A stretch of 36,030 nucleotides of DNA from Hyphochytrium catenoides. Lineage: Eukaryota > Protista > Hyphochytriomycota. The DNA is taken from assembly GCA_900088475.1 (NCBI GenBank), contig FLMG01002924.1, positions 1-36,030 of the forward strand. The letters run 5' to 3'. Every line of letters starts with the position of its first letter. Position 1 is the stretch's first letter. Below, one piece after another: positions 11,056-22,504 of this stretch. The notes under the pieces are model-generated. The model had not been told where the DNA came from, did no database searches, and was given only the letters and a program-made list of their open reading frames with translations. Made by a program: the position numbers and the translations under genes.

Positions 11056-12879
11056 GCCGGTCTAAGACTAAGCCATCAATGCATACTGCGTAGCACAAGG
11101 ACACAGGGAAGTGACCTTTATCTCCAATGGCCTCTAATAAGCAGCTCTGTATTGCGTGAGAGTCCGTTGTCTTGCTTGCCGATGCTACGATGTAAATAGA
11201 AGAACGCAGAGGATTGCTCTGCTAAATTGGGGCGCTGTGCGTTTGATATTAGCTCGTCAGCAACGGAGTAACGCTCATAGATCCGTAGGCATAGCCAGAC
11301 GAGTACCTCAGCTTCAACAGAGATAATGTGCTGTACATTGGGCACGCTATCGGCAGAGAGCCTGCAGCATTCAGTAGTGGTGAGCTCAAGAAAGACCCGA
11401 TAACGAGGCTTCGTCTCGGTCTCTCAGACAGAGATTTCTGTCGGTTGACAGAGTTCTTTGGACTCACGTTGCCTTGTAACGTCATAACGGTCATCCTCAC
11501 CGGCTATCTTTCTGTAGTTATCGTCGGGCACCTGGTTGTGATTATCATTATTCAGTCTTCATGCCAGTAGTTTGGTGGGTTACATCCGTTGAGAAACGTC
11601 CCAAAAAAAAGATCTTCCTTTCCTCAGGAGTCGTTGTTGAGGCGAGGCGAGTGCACTTCTTCTTGGTTGATGATGACGGAGAAGGAAAGCGTGGTTAGCG
11701 CTTGGTCTCCTTGCTTGTCGTCCTCCTCCAACAACTGAGGTTAGCTGAGAGCAGCTGCCCGGAGCACGACTGGCAGCAAGGAGTCAGGAGGCCAGCAAGA
11801 AGTTGGTGAAGTTGGTGTCTGTGACAGTTGGTAGTAGTAGAACGAGGAGGTAGAAGGACAATCGTGGTGGGGCCAGAAGAAGAAGGACAAGATCTAAGAA
11901 GAACTCATCATTGAGGAGCGGTAGAAAAAACACGAATAAGAGGTGAGAGTAAGAGATTGTGGTGCTTGCAGAGCGGCAGTGACAAAGGGCAGCATACTCA
12001 AGTGCTAGGAATTATCTTAGGGAGACAGGAAAAGAGGACACGAGAGGAAGACAGAAGAAGCCATGATGATCTCGTGGTCCTCCAGGCTGATTCAGTACAG
12101 ATAATGGGACACTCATCCCCTCTCTTACCACTTGGCATTTGATTGAGGACGAGGGAGAGGAGCGTGGATAGATAGGGGATGTGCTGTCAATTGATCCAGG
12201 GATTCTCGCTGGCTGTCTATTTAGTCCGTTACTCCCTTACTTCTCTTTTAGCAATCTTCTTCTGCTTGTCTCATGACTGCCCCTGCCTCTTCCTACTCCC
12301 ATGTGAGGAACATCTTAGCCATATCTTCCTTTGTTCTCTTCCTACAGTCACCTGTATCTCCTCTTGCGTCACGTTCCAATAAAGAATTAACATAAACAGT
12401 GTGAATAGCCTTAGCATCCGAGGTCTATAGGCTATCTCTTCTCCAAGCAATACCGAGTACAGGTTCTACTCCTTCACCTTGCCCTTTGGCCATTTTCCCA
12501 TCGTTCTGTCAGCGTCGCGACCCGCTGCGAAAGTCGTACGTAACCACGTCAATGTAGGAGTCTATCCAGAGTTCCTCATCACCTCGTAGGCAACAAGCAA
12601 CTTTGGTTCCTTCTTCAGAACTTTAAGAGAAACGAAGGCACTCCGGGTTAAGAGGCTCATAACATATTCAGAGGACAATGACATCTTCCGTCGGATAAGT
12701 TCGGTCCTGCTCTACTAATAAGCCAGTTGGTGGCCAGCTTGCGCGTGAGGTCGATTACATCTTTTCTAGTTCTCATCAACAGCAGAACAAGATTCTCTTT
12801 CACGGCGGCCCACTTGGCATTAGTGGTCCTACATCTTGAAGCCACTGCCCTACGTGCCTGACAGGTCTCTCCTGGTAAA
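11056..12879. promoter_or_regulatory. Divergent intergenic region (promoters and 5' UTRs) between the formin and REJ copy A
   Basis: Head-to-head gene orientation. No specific promoter element was identified. Confidence 0.4.
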
Positions 12880-14952
12880 ATGACAATATGGATTCCTTTT
12901 ACCAAGTCCCGAAGGTTCTATCTGTACGCGATAATCCTCCTTTGCTGCGTAGTCGTGGTTCTTCCGTGCCCAACATTATCTGCACAGGGGCAATCGGGCT
13001 ACATATTGAGTAGTGTTGCCCGCGTCAGGAAGCTACAGTCCAATGTGACGGTGCCTCTACCAAGTACAGCGAACTCCACGTCTGCCTCTACCGCGGTCCC
13101 TACTGCTTCCCCTACTCCTAGGCCCACGGCTGTAGCAACCCCAGCCCCTACTACTCTTCAGCCAGTTATCACCGCTCGCTTTCGAAACTGCTATTATGGC
13201 CAACTCACTATGCCTCTTGGTAGTCACTCGTACACTTGGCTCCAGCTGGTGGCTCTGGGGATCCCAAACCCTATCACAGGCCTTGAGATCCCCGGAAACT
13301 TCCGTGTGCGGCTGTTCACTGGAGGAAACCTGAACGGCCGTGTGCTGACTGTCTACGGGCCGCGAACTATTCAGTGCTTTGCGGGCCCGCTGTTCCAGGT
13401 CATCAACTATTTTGCTTATTCAGTGGACATAACGCCATACACGGCGAAGGATTTAGAGCTCGAATCCCAGAGAGCCAAGAATGCATCCTATCAAGTCATA
13501 CTTCCTCCCGCTGCAAACAGCAGTGTGAACGCGACCAGAAGAGAAACGCTATACATTGCTGCTGACAATGAGTACCTTCTCTACGCCGACGGCATACCTC
13601 TAGGCTTCGGCAGCTCTGGCGTGCCAAGAATTGGCAACTATTCGGTACCCTTAGGAACCTTTATCGCCTTGAATATGACGAACTGGATTGGGGGAACACG
13701 TGGGATGAATGCTGCCGGCACAATCGTTGCCTGGGGGAACGTTATCTCCGACCTTACTTGGCGGTGCATTCCCTCGACAGCGATGAGGAATAGCTTAGAT
13801 GTGAGTTGGACATTGCCGGACTACGATGACAGTGCATGGCCCTATGCCCGAGGCTTTGGAAGCAAGATCTCAGCTCCTTGGCGTCGGGACCTTTTGCGCT
13901 CTCCTGCTGCTTCCTTTATCCCTAACGATGCCGAAAGAATATGGGACCTGAACTTCTCGGTGACTGCTTACTGCCGAATGGCACGAAATCGAAGCGCTGA
14001 ACTGGTCGTTCAGGCTCAGAACTATGCTCCACTCTACGTCTTCAGTGACGGAAGTTATGAACTCTATGCAAATGGCAAGCTAGTGGGCAGTAACTACTGG
14101 CAGGTCGCCGGCGGAAAGTACATGATCCCCAGGGACGCTTTCCTCACTTTCTCTGTCTCTCAGCCGGGCAATGGCTCACGTGGGTTTGTCATGTACGGTG
14201 ATAGAGCGCTTGCTGGAAACGTTACTGACACATTGTGGAAGTGCACAAATGAGACCCTTGCCAATGAAGCGTGGAAGTTGAACGGCTATGATGACAGCAG
14301 TTGGCCAGGAGCTGTGAGTCAGGGACCAATGATCTTAGGCAACTTTAGGCCGCTCTACCCCGACAGCTGGCATTTCCTCTTCCCTACGTCTTCTCATTGG
14401 ATATGGGACGCTTCATCGTCCACTTCGGTATCTTGCAGGCAGCCACCAATCCCATCTAAAGTGAATACTACCTTAGTCGGGACTCTCCAGCCTACGTCTG
14501 CTCCTGCGGCTCCTGCTGCGACACCTGACGAGGAGTCCGTACCAGCAGTGATGGTGTCGTTCCGCCCACCGACCCTTCCTCCCGGCATCAAGGGTGAGGC
14601 TCCTGGCTGTGGCGTAGCCATCCTTTTCCCCCTCTAATGTGTTATGTTAGGTCATCAGTCATCTGCACCTGTCTAACTTTTTCTCTCCTTTACCCATTAT
14701 TCACCTGTTATTGCCCGCAGGCATCGAGCTCTCTGCGACATCTCAACTATCCGATGATCTGGCCTACCTCCTTATAAGCTTCTCGATCCCTCCTCTCTAC
14801 GGTGGCGACAGTGTCAACGGAAGGTTTCCCTGTTCCAGACATATAGAGAATGCTAACTTACTTTTGGGACCAGCAGGTATGTAGGTGAAAATAGTTAAGC
14901 ATTGGCGGGCTCGCCAAAGGGAAGCAATAGAAAGAGACGGGAAAGGAAAGAA

Positions 14953-14988
<36 letters not shown>

Positions 14989-17900
14989 GGAGAGTATAAG
15001 AATGAAGAAAAGACAAGGGGGAGATAGAGAGAGAAAGAGAGAGGCAAACAAGAGAGAGAGAGAGCACAAAGAAGGGAAGGGAAAAGACCTTATCAATCTG
15101 GAGAAGAGCATTGGAGATGCTAAGCCACAGCATCATTGTAACATTCTCCTCGCCCTCTCCTGCTAACCCTATCCTCTCTCCTTTTCCCCTTTCCAAAAGA
15201 CACGTCAGGGATGAACTGCGACTGGCTGAACGAAAGCACTTTACGGGCTTCACTTTCGTCTGACGCCTCGATACTTCCGGGCCAGAGAGTGTCATTAGTC
15301 GCCGCATCCTTTTCCTATCCGATCATCTCGCCTAATGTTGTCGTTAAAGCGCCTAATCATCCGCAGCCAGTTGCATTGACCATAGAAGCTCCGGTCAAGC
15401 TGGGACCAGTAAGAGTTTATCCCTAGCGTTATACCTATCTTGCAGCGTTTTGCCTGGCAACGTACATCCCGCCATATCCCATCCAGGCCTTTCTCATCGT
15501 TGCTCAAGAGATCGCCCTTCTAATCTCTTGACATCGTCGCGCTTCGTTCTCTAGACTTAGGCTTTCTTTCTCTTTCTGTTGAGTTCCCAAGAATCAATAA
15601 CTGTTTCCCTCTTCCTGCCACCATTCGCCTCCCGCTCCCCCGTAGTCTGAGGCCTACTAGTGACCTGTCCCTGATTGTTATCTCTCTGTTCTCATCCAGT
15701 GCAACGATCTCCGGGTCCGTGTTGGTTATGTTAGCGGCTCGGGCGGCAGACCTGTCACATATCGCTGGTCTCTCCAGGGAAATGCTGGCGATGAGATCAA
15801 TAACAAGCTGGAGCAGATCAACGCTGGACAAGGTAGTAGATTATCCTTGTAGGGATCCTCACCTTAAGTGCAGCTCCGTACATATGTACTGAATGCGCGC
15901 TCTCCTTGCTCTATGCCTCGTTTGCCATAGGGAAAGATGCATTGGATATCCCTTCAGCGCTTCTCCCAGCTGGGTCGAACCATACCATAAGCGTCACCGC
16001 GTATAACTTTCTCAACCACTCGGCATCCCGCTCTGTATACGTGATGAAAGCCATACGGCCTCTGCCTGCTGTCTCAATAGAGGGAGGAAGGGAAAGGAGT
16101 GTAAACAATCCCTCTCTCCGGACGATAATTAGGGCGTCGGTCTCTGCTTCATCTAACGATTCTTCTTGTGGGAGTTCCCTGGCCTCCCAGGAGATAGAGA
16201 TGCGATGGCAGCAAGTTCAGCCATATCCAGGGTGAGGATTTCACCATCATTGTATCTCCTTCCTTCCATTCTCCGAATGTCGTGTGCCCGCTTTGAGGGC
16301 CGCAGACAGCAGTTGTTCTCTTCTCCATTGGCACTCAAGATCGTCCCTCACAGTCGACTCAAGAGAGATCGGTCATGGCCCGCTAATATCTCTTTATATT
16401 TTCTAGGGGGAAGAGCCTGGAGTTGCTATCTTCGACTTCTGCGAGCCGCACGGTCCTCGTCCTCCCAGGAGGCGTTCTATTACCTGGAACAGCTTACACT
16501 TTCTTACTCTCCTCTAACTATCGCGGTCAAAATGAGACCGTCGATGTGCCGGTACACTAGGGGAGAAGGCCTCTCACTCCTTATCGTCTATATCCTCCCG
16601 CTCGTTGTGTTTCCACTATCATGGCGCTGCCATGCTGCCGGATACCTATCGCTCCTTCTTGCATAGTTGGTCCTTATCTGCTTCTCAGAAACGAGAAGGG
16701 CTGGCCCTTCCCTAACAGTCCATTGAGTTCCTTTTCTTTCGGGTCTTGGCTTTATTGGTCTTACTGCGGGCCAACATAAGGGCACGTCTCTGACGTCCCG
16801 TGACTTTCTTCATCTCTCAGGTCACTATCACCGTCGGATACGCTCCTCTCTCTTTATCTCCCATTGGAGGCTGGAATAGGTCTTCTTCCTCCCTCTCTCC
16901 TCTTACGGTTGGGTTGACGGCAGTGGGATCAGGGAGGCTGGACCTGATGGGCATTGATACCATTGAATGGGTGAGTTAGTTTGCCCCTATATCGCTTGTT
17001 TCGAGCACTCTGTCGGGATCGAGCTCTGAGGGAAGGCCTGCTAATGAATGAGCTTTCAACCTTCTTCTCGCATTCATTGGCAGAGATTTCTAGTGGCCTC
17101 TTACTGGCAGGCAGTCCCTTCACATCGTGGCGCTGTACTCAATGTACCCTTCTTCCTTTGGCAAGAGCTAATCTTTGATCATAATCTTGTCATTCGGTAG
17201 AGTTGTTCTGCATGCGCGTCCTTTGACTGCAGTAGGATTCTTGCTCCTTCAACCTGCGTCACTGCTAGCGGGCATCCTATAAGCCTTCCATCGCCGTCAT
17301 GGAAGACAGCCTTCCTTTCTTTTGGGCCAGGCGTCTTCAAGAGTAAGCCGTCAGTCCTGTCGCAATCAACTTGTCTCTCTGAATGTTCCATTTCCTTCTA
17401 CGTGACTTTCTCTTATCGAGTGACAGTTTGCCTCTCACTTCTTTTAAGAAGCAGCTTCCTGTACGCCCGTGGCTGCGTGCTCTCCTTCTCTGTCCTCTAT
17501 AATGTGTGTCCGCACTCTATCCATTCACTTTCCTTTATTACTCTGCTAAACCAAACCTAGATGGCCAAACCTACCAGTTCTACCTAGCAGTGAAGGGCCA
17601 GAGCGGGCTGGCAAGGTTCTTCTCCACTATTTCTGTTGAAGCAGATGCCCTTCCTGTCTCTCTTTCCGTGCTAACTTCTGGAGGCAGAATCAACAGGTCG
17701 GGTCTTGCTTTTCTCTACATCTTTATGCAAGGTCTTTGCACCTGCTTGTTGTTCATTCTCCCAACTTATGGGGACTCGCAGTGCTTTATTTCTTCTCTTC
17801 CGCCTTGCGCTAAAGCTCTGAGTCCCATTCTATTCCTCCTGCGATTGTGACCGAATGGGCTGTTGTTTGATCTACGGAGCTCTACTCTCCTAGACAACTG

Positions 17901-20316
17901 CATCGTATGGCCTGCCAAGACTAACTCCTACGTCTGCACACAGCGGCCAACCGGTTCGGCTCAATGCAGATTCCACAGCTTGGGAAACAGATGAGAGCAG
18001 AGCTGGCCTCCACACAGAGTGGAAAGTTTACAAGGGTGACAGTCTTGTCTATCCTCTGCTTGCGCATACTGTTATCAACGGAACGAGACTATCTATCGGC
18101 CCAAGCTTCTTTAGCCCAGACTCTGCATATACCTTCACCTTCTCCTTCTCATCAGCCGGAGGACAAAAGGGCGTGGCTTCTCTACTGGTGGCTCTGAACG
18201 GCGGTCCTCGCTCTGGGTCATTTGCAGCTGTTCCTCAAACGGGAACTGCGCTTTCTACTCTCTTCCATTTGTCCGCAGACAACTGGGTCGATGACCTGCA
18301 AGATTTACCGCTCACGTGAGAGACTCAGCATCAGCCTTCTTCTTCATCTTTACCTGCCACCATGAAACATCAGCCACTCTCTCAAGTCTCGGTTGCCAGT
18401 CTTCTGCCAGAAGCTGCTCTGTCTTCACCGCCACAATTCCCATTGCTCCTCGTAGGCGGCTATCTGTGCAACCAAGGCGTTGTTTGCATTTTCTAACTCT
18501 CTCGCTGCGGCTTGGTTTCCCCTATGCAGGTACACCTTCGGCATCAAAAGGTCTGGAACCACCTATCCCCTTATGGCGCCCTCTCCTGACAAGTCTCTCG
18601 ACGTACGTATACTTTTCTTGTCTCATCATCCATGCAATTGCCCTTGAGCTCAAGCGATGGTCTCACATGCCAATTCGACAATGTTGGTTCACAGTCGCTA
18701 CTACCTGAACTCTCTGGCGGAGAGTCCGCTGTCCTCGTTGTCTCTGATATCCACGGAGCTACCACGGAGGCGGAAGTGGAGATCACTGTGACCTCGTCAA
18801 TGGACTGGGATGCCAGCTTCGGCTCAGTTCTCTCCTCAATTAGCAGAAGAGACGTTTCAGAAGGTCAGTTCTTCCCGGCCATTGCCAGCCACTTGTTGAC
18901 TCTTTAAGGATCCACTGGCCCAGCTCAATCATTTGGTCGCTTCTGGCTGGAGCTAGCCGTTTGTCTCCGATGAGGTCATAGAATTCACTCACCCTGTCTT
19001 GCCTAACAGAGCGCTGTTTGACCACGTTATTGGTCTTGGACATCGAGTGGTGCCGGCAAGTGTTGCCAGAGCTCAATTGCACTGCCCAGAGTAAGTCGCG
19101 GTCTACCCCTTCTCTGCATAGTCTCTTTAGTCTTTACCTCTTTCTGTCTCTCCTCTTCACTCCTGGGGAATGCTCTTCTGCTCAATTCTCATCATCATCA
19201 AGGAACATCCTCATTTAGGTGCACCGTTGACCCGTTCGTGGCTCTTTCCAGGTGACCGCTTGTGCTGCTCGAATAGTGGAGCTTACTGGAAGTCATGCTC
19301 AGGATCAGCTTCCGAATGTAGCGGCAAATGTATCTGTGACCCTGGGGCGTTTGGGAAGGACTGCGGGGAAGACCATGATTTGTGGACCCTAAGGTAGAGA
19401 AAATGGAGAGCTAAAGATATAAAGGTCTTACCACGTTGCCACGTACTCCGAGTGACGAGGAAAGAAGCCGACTCTACTTTCTTTCATTGCCTGCACAGGC
19501 AATTCCAACATCCCACTTTTTATCAGGTGTCTTTTCTACTCTTTCCGACTGACCATCTAATAGAAGACCGCTCTATCTGCCTTGAATGCGCTGGCGATCA
19601 CAATGTCAATGGATCCCATCAGAGCTGCCCAACGAGAGCTCTTCGTCTCTCAAGCCCTGCAACTGTTAAAGAGTCAAACCCTCAACAATACATCTGTCTC
19701 AGTCCTACCTTTTGAGGTTCAAACGGAGGTGCTATGGAGAATAAGTCAAGATACATGGCATCTGACAGACGAAACCATGGTACAGAGACGAAGTTTCCAT
19801 TAAAACTCCGCTCCTATGAAAGTGTTTAGTCGTGGCATGCGTGCTTTTGTTGGCTCACTGTCGTTTTCCTTTTGCTGCTCTTGGGCCTTCTTCTTGCACC
19901 TGCCTTTCCTCAATCAATCTTTGGCATTTCGTTGCAGGTCAAGGTTTTGGATGTCATCGAAGAGCTTCTGGAGGAGCAGCTGGCCGAGGAAGGTAGACCA
20001 GTCAAGTTCTTGCTTATGAGTCTTCTTTTGTCTGTTGCTGCACATCTTTTTTTCCTTCTAAGCAAGCTTGCTTTTCAGAGGCATTTGCCGTCTGTCTCTT
20101 GTTGAAGTGTCTGCTCCCACCCGGTGCTTCTCGCACTCTTCACGATCTATCTATTAACATGAGCAATGCTCTATCCCTCTTTCCTAACCGCTAGGTTCTT
20201 CTTCTCCTGCGGCTGTAGACAAGCTTTTGATGAGCGTCAGCAACCTCATCGAGGCTCTCGAGGATTTCCTGACTCTCGCGCCTCCACAGTCTTCGACGGT
20301 GCCGGCACGTCTTTAG
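12880..20316 (+). CDS. Secreted REJ/PKD-domain protein, copy A (signal peptide, PT stalk, beta/gamma-crystallin-like, 2x CBM67-like lectin, PKD/REJ, EGF-like, helical segment; no TM), ~1,418 aa, 17 exons
   Basis: Exons: 12880-14593, 14721-14876, 15200-15408, 15700-15832, 15931-16231, 16407-16551, 16821-16970, 17201-17342, 17561-17696, 17944-18315, 18530-18602, 18695-18863, 19010-19090, 19252-19393, 19623-19779, 19938-19992, 20195-20316. Total 4257 nt with an open frame throughout. REJ hallmark NGGPRSGSFAAVPQTGTALSTLFHLSADNWVDDLQDLPLTYTFG...VSDIHGA; EGF-like CSGKCICDPGAFGKDC; N-terminal hydrophobic YLYAIILLCCVVVVLP. The 3' end is the least certain part. Confidence 0.8.
13171..13437 (+). other. 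beta/gamma-crystallin-like module of copy A (counterpart at ~22840-23090 in copy B)
   Basis: FRNCYYGQLTMPLGSHSYTWLQLVALGIPNPITGLEIPGNFRVRLFTGGNLNGRVLTVYG...CF...INYFAYSVDI resembles the microbial crystallin pattern (CNYxG...G-x-Y-T-x-x-QL-x-ALGI-x-ND-x-ISSL-x-VP-x-G-Y-x-V-x-LY-x-x-x-NF-x-G). The Ca-binding NDxxSS motif is degenerate. Recognised by eye only. Confidence 0.55.
13540..14445 (+). other. Two tandem lectin-like modules (CBM67 / fungal-lectin-like beta-sandwich) of copy A; counterpart at ~23180-24080 in copy B
   Basis: Each repeat reads Y-I-x-x-D-N/G-x-Y-x-L-Y-A-D/N-G ... D-x-x-W-R/K-C ... W-x-x-x-x-Y-D-D-S-x-W-P-x-A ... W/R-I-W-D ... C-R. Four copies across the two genes. Confidence 0.6.
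14940..15065. repeat. (GA)n-rich tract in intron 2 of REJ copy A
   Basis: Direct reading; absent from the homologous intron (24674-24956) of copy B. Confidence 0.9.
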
Positions 20317-22504
20317 GTTAAAATAGCTTATGTGACCGTCGGACAGCCGTAGACTCAGTAGTTGAAAGCAGTCTTTTGGTGGAGTCTTTATGAAATAGAT
20401 CATGAACCCAATCCTCAAGGACTGCGAAGACAGGCAGATTGCAAGCGACAGAAGCCGTCCGGGCACGCAGTACCAGGAATATAAAAGCTTGGATTCGCTG
20501 CTAGTGATAGTGCACCACTAGGTGAAGGAGAGACTTGAGAGCCAATAGAGCAGATCCTTGACCGTGTGCTTATTGGGACTTTCTAGCTTGATCGCCTTCT
20601 TGTCCATCCATGCCTAGAAGCGAGTAGCCCACTCTGGTGGTTGGGTTCGTTCTCTTTAACCCATTCTACTGGTGGCTCAATCGGAATTCTTTTATGAAGA
20701 CAATGCAAAGTATCGTCTCCTATTCACGTTTTAATAATGGACAGCAGATAATGATAACCAGCCTCTGGGCATCCTTCCAACCATTTGCATCGCACAGACC
20801 ACATCGAGCTGGATAGATTGACATGTACATGGCTAGATCGATAGGGAGGTAGGTGCAGGTGTGTACCTAGATTGAGAGTAATGCACAGGGGGAAGAGCCT
20901 AGACAGAATATAGACCTTCGAAGACGGCAAGTCATGTCTCACACCTTCTCTATGACATGTACTATGGCAAAAAAGAGGGTATGCAAGAAGACAACATGAA
21001 GCAGAAACGGCCCAACCCCTGGAGGCGGGCGACACGGCTTCCTCCCCAAAATCCTGGTCGCTCTACGACATCATTCACGAGTGAAGACCTCTGATCAATT
21101 TGTGACGACTTTACTCTCACGGCAGGAGCACGCAGGAGGAACGGTATGCTCATGTTCTTCCCTCCTAAATGGTCAGAGTCAGAACGCAAAGTTGCGGCTG
21201 CCACGACCTCCATCAGCTTTCCGCAGGACAGAGTCTACCGCCGGCAGATCTGAAGATGCAGATTCTCTGCCTCTGCTGGTTGTTGGTGGGCTGCGCCTTT
21301 CGAACTCTTCTGGGTATATCTCACTAATAACGGAATCTCTTCGATTACTACAAATAGATTATCGAGTTAAGCATGGAAAATAGTCTCTGCCTTGCAGTTA
21401 TGGAGCCACTGTTCCTTCCTTCCAGCGTCAGTTACAGAAGAAGACAGAGGCAGGCCTAACTCCTTGCAGCCCAAACTGACTGCCTTCCTTCCTCCTTCGT
21501 CCTCCTCCACCTCACTGCTCCATACTAGCCCGAGAAGAATGCCAACGCACTAGAGGAGCTTTGAGATAATGAACCAACCAGGCCCACGGGTCTAGCTGGG
21601 CTTCTTGCCTAAGAGTACACAGCGGCAGGACGGAGGACTACTACTATGATAATGCACCACGCCTGATGATAACCCTAACGAGCTCTTCTTCTCGTCGGAG
21701 TAGTTGAAGGCTCGTAAGCAAGAAGAGGGTCAGCCAGTGTCTACGAGTGGGGAAACCGACAACAGAGTGGTCGTTGTTGCTGCTGTTCTTGTCTCTCCCC
21801 CGCCAGCGGACGAACGGGCTGTTTGCCGACGTCGGCTGTCTGTGTGGATCAAGGTGTACCAGTAATGTCACAACCGGTAAAAGAGGTAGTTTGCACTCTT
21901 CCTTCAGTCCTCTCCTTCTTCCTCCTCCTCCTTCAAAAGCACTGTGGTGATGACGACCGCTTACTGATGGCTAATTGTGCAGGTGGAAACGGTAGATGGG
22001 CTCGCCACTAGTAGTAAGATTTGCCCTGGACATGGGAGGAACGGACACACTGGTTCTGTCTCCCCGGGAGGCATTATCCCACTGTTTCCTTCGGAAACGG
22101 TTTCGAAGCACCCTTTATCCTTCTATGGCAACTTCTCTCTGTATCCACACCTGCCAAGTTAGCAGAAGGACATGGTGGCAATGGTGGCCGAAGGAGCAAT
22201 GGAGCAGTTAGACTCTGCAAACGAGGCAGCGATGATAACAGAAGGCCTCACTCTGGGCTGGAAATGGAGGAAGTCGCTTACCAATAGTCTGGTGCAGGGC
22301 AGCTCGCCAAGGAGCTTAGCGCTGCCGCCATTTCAAGAGCAGAACAGGGAACTCGTGGAGATTTTGAGGTTGATTCAAGGGTCAACAGGGAGCGGTGAGG
22401 CGCCACATTGTCGGTCTCTTTCTTCTCATCCCACAAGAGACAGAAAAGCCCTATAAGAATCACTCAAAGGCCCACCATCCACCTCGTGAGAAATCCGGAG
22501 AAGG

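Noticed and set aside
12880-14637. Treating the 585-aa and 618-aa (22505..24361) ORFs as complete stand-alone lectin genes
   Set aside because: Both have phase-1 donors (14593, 24221) that lead into homologous downstream exons; the ORF tails are intron read-through.
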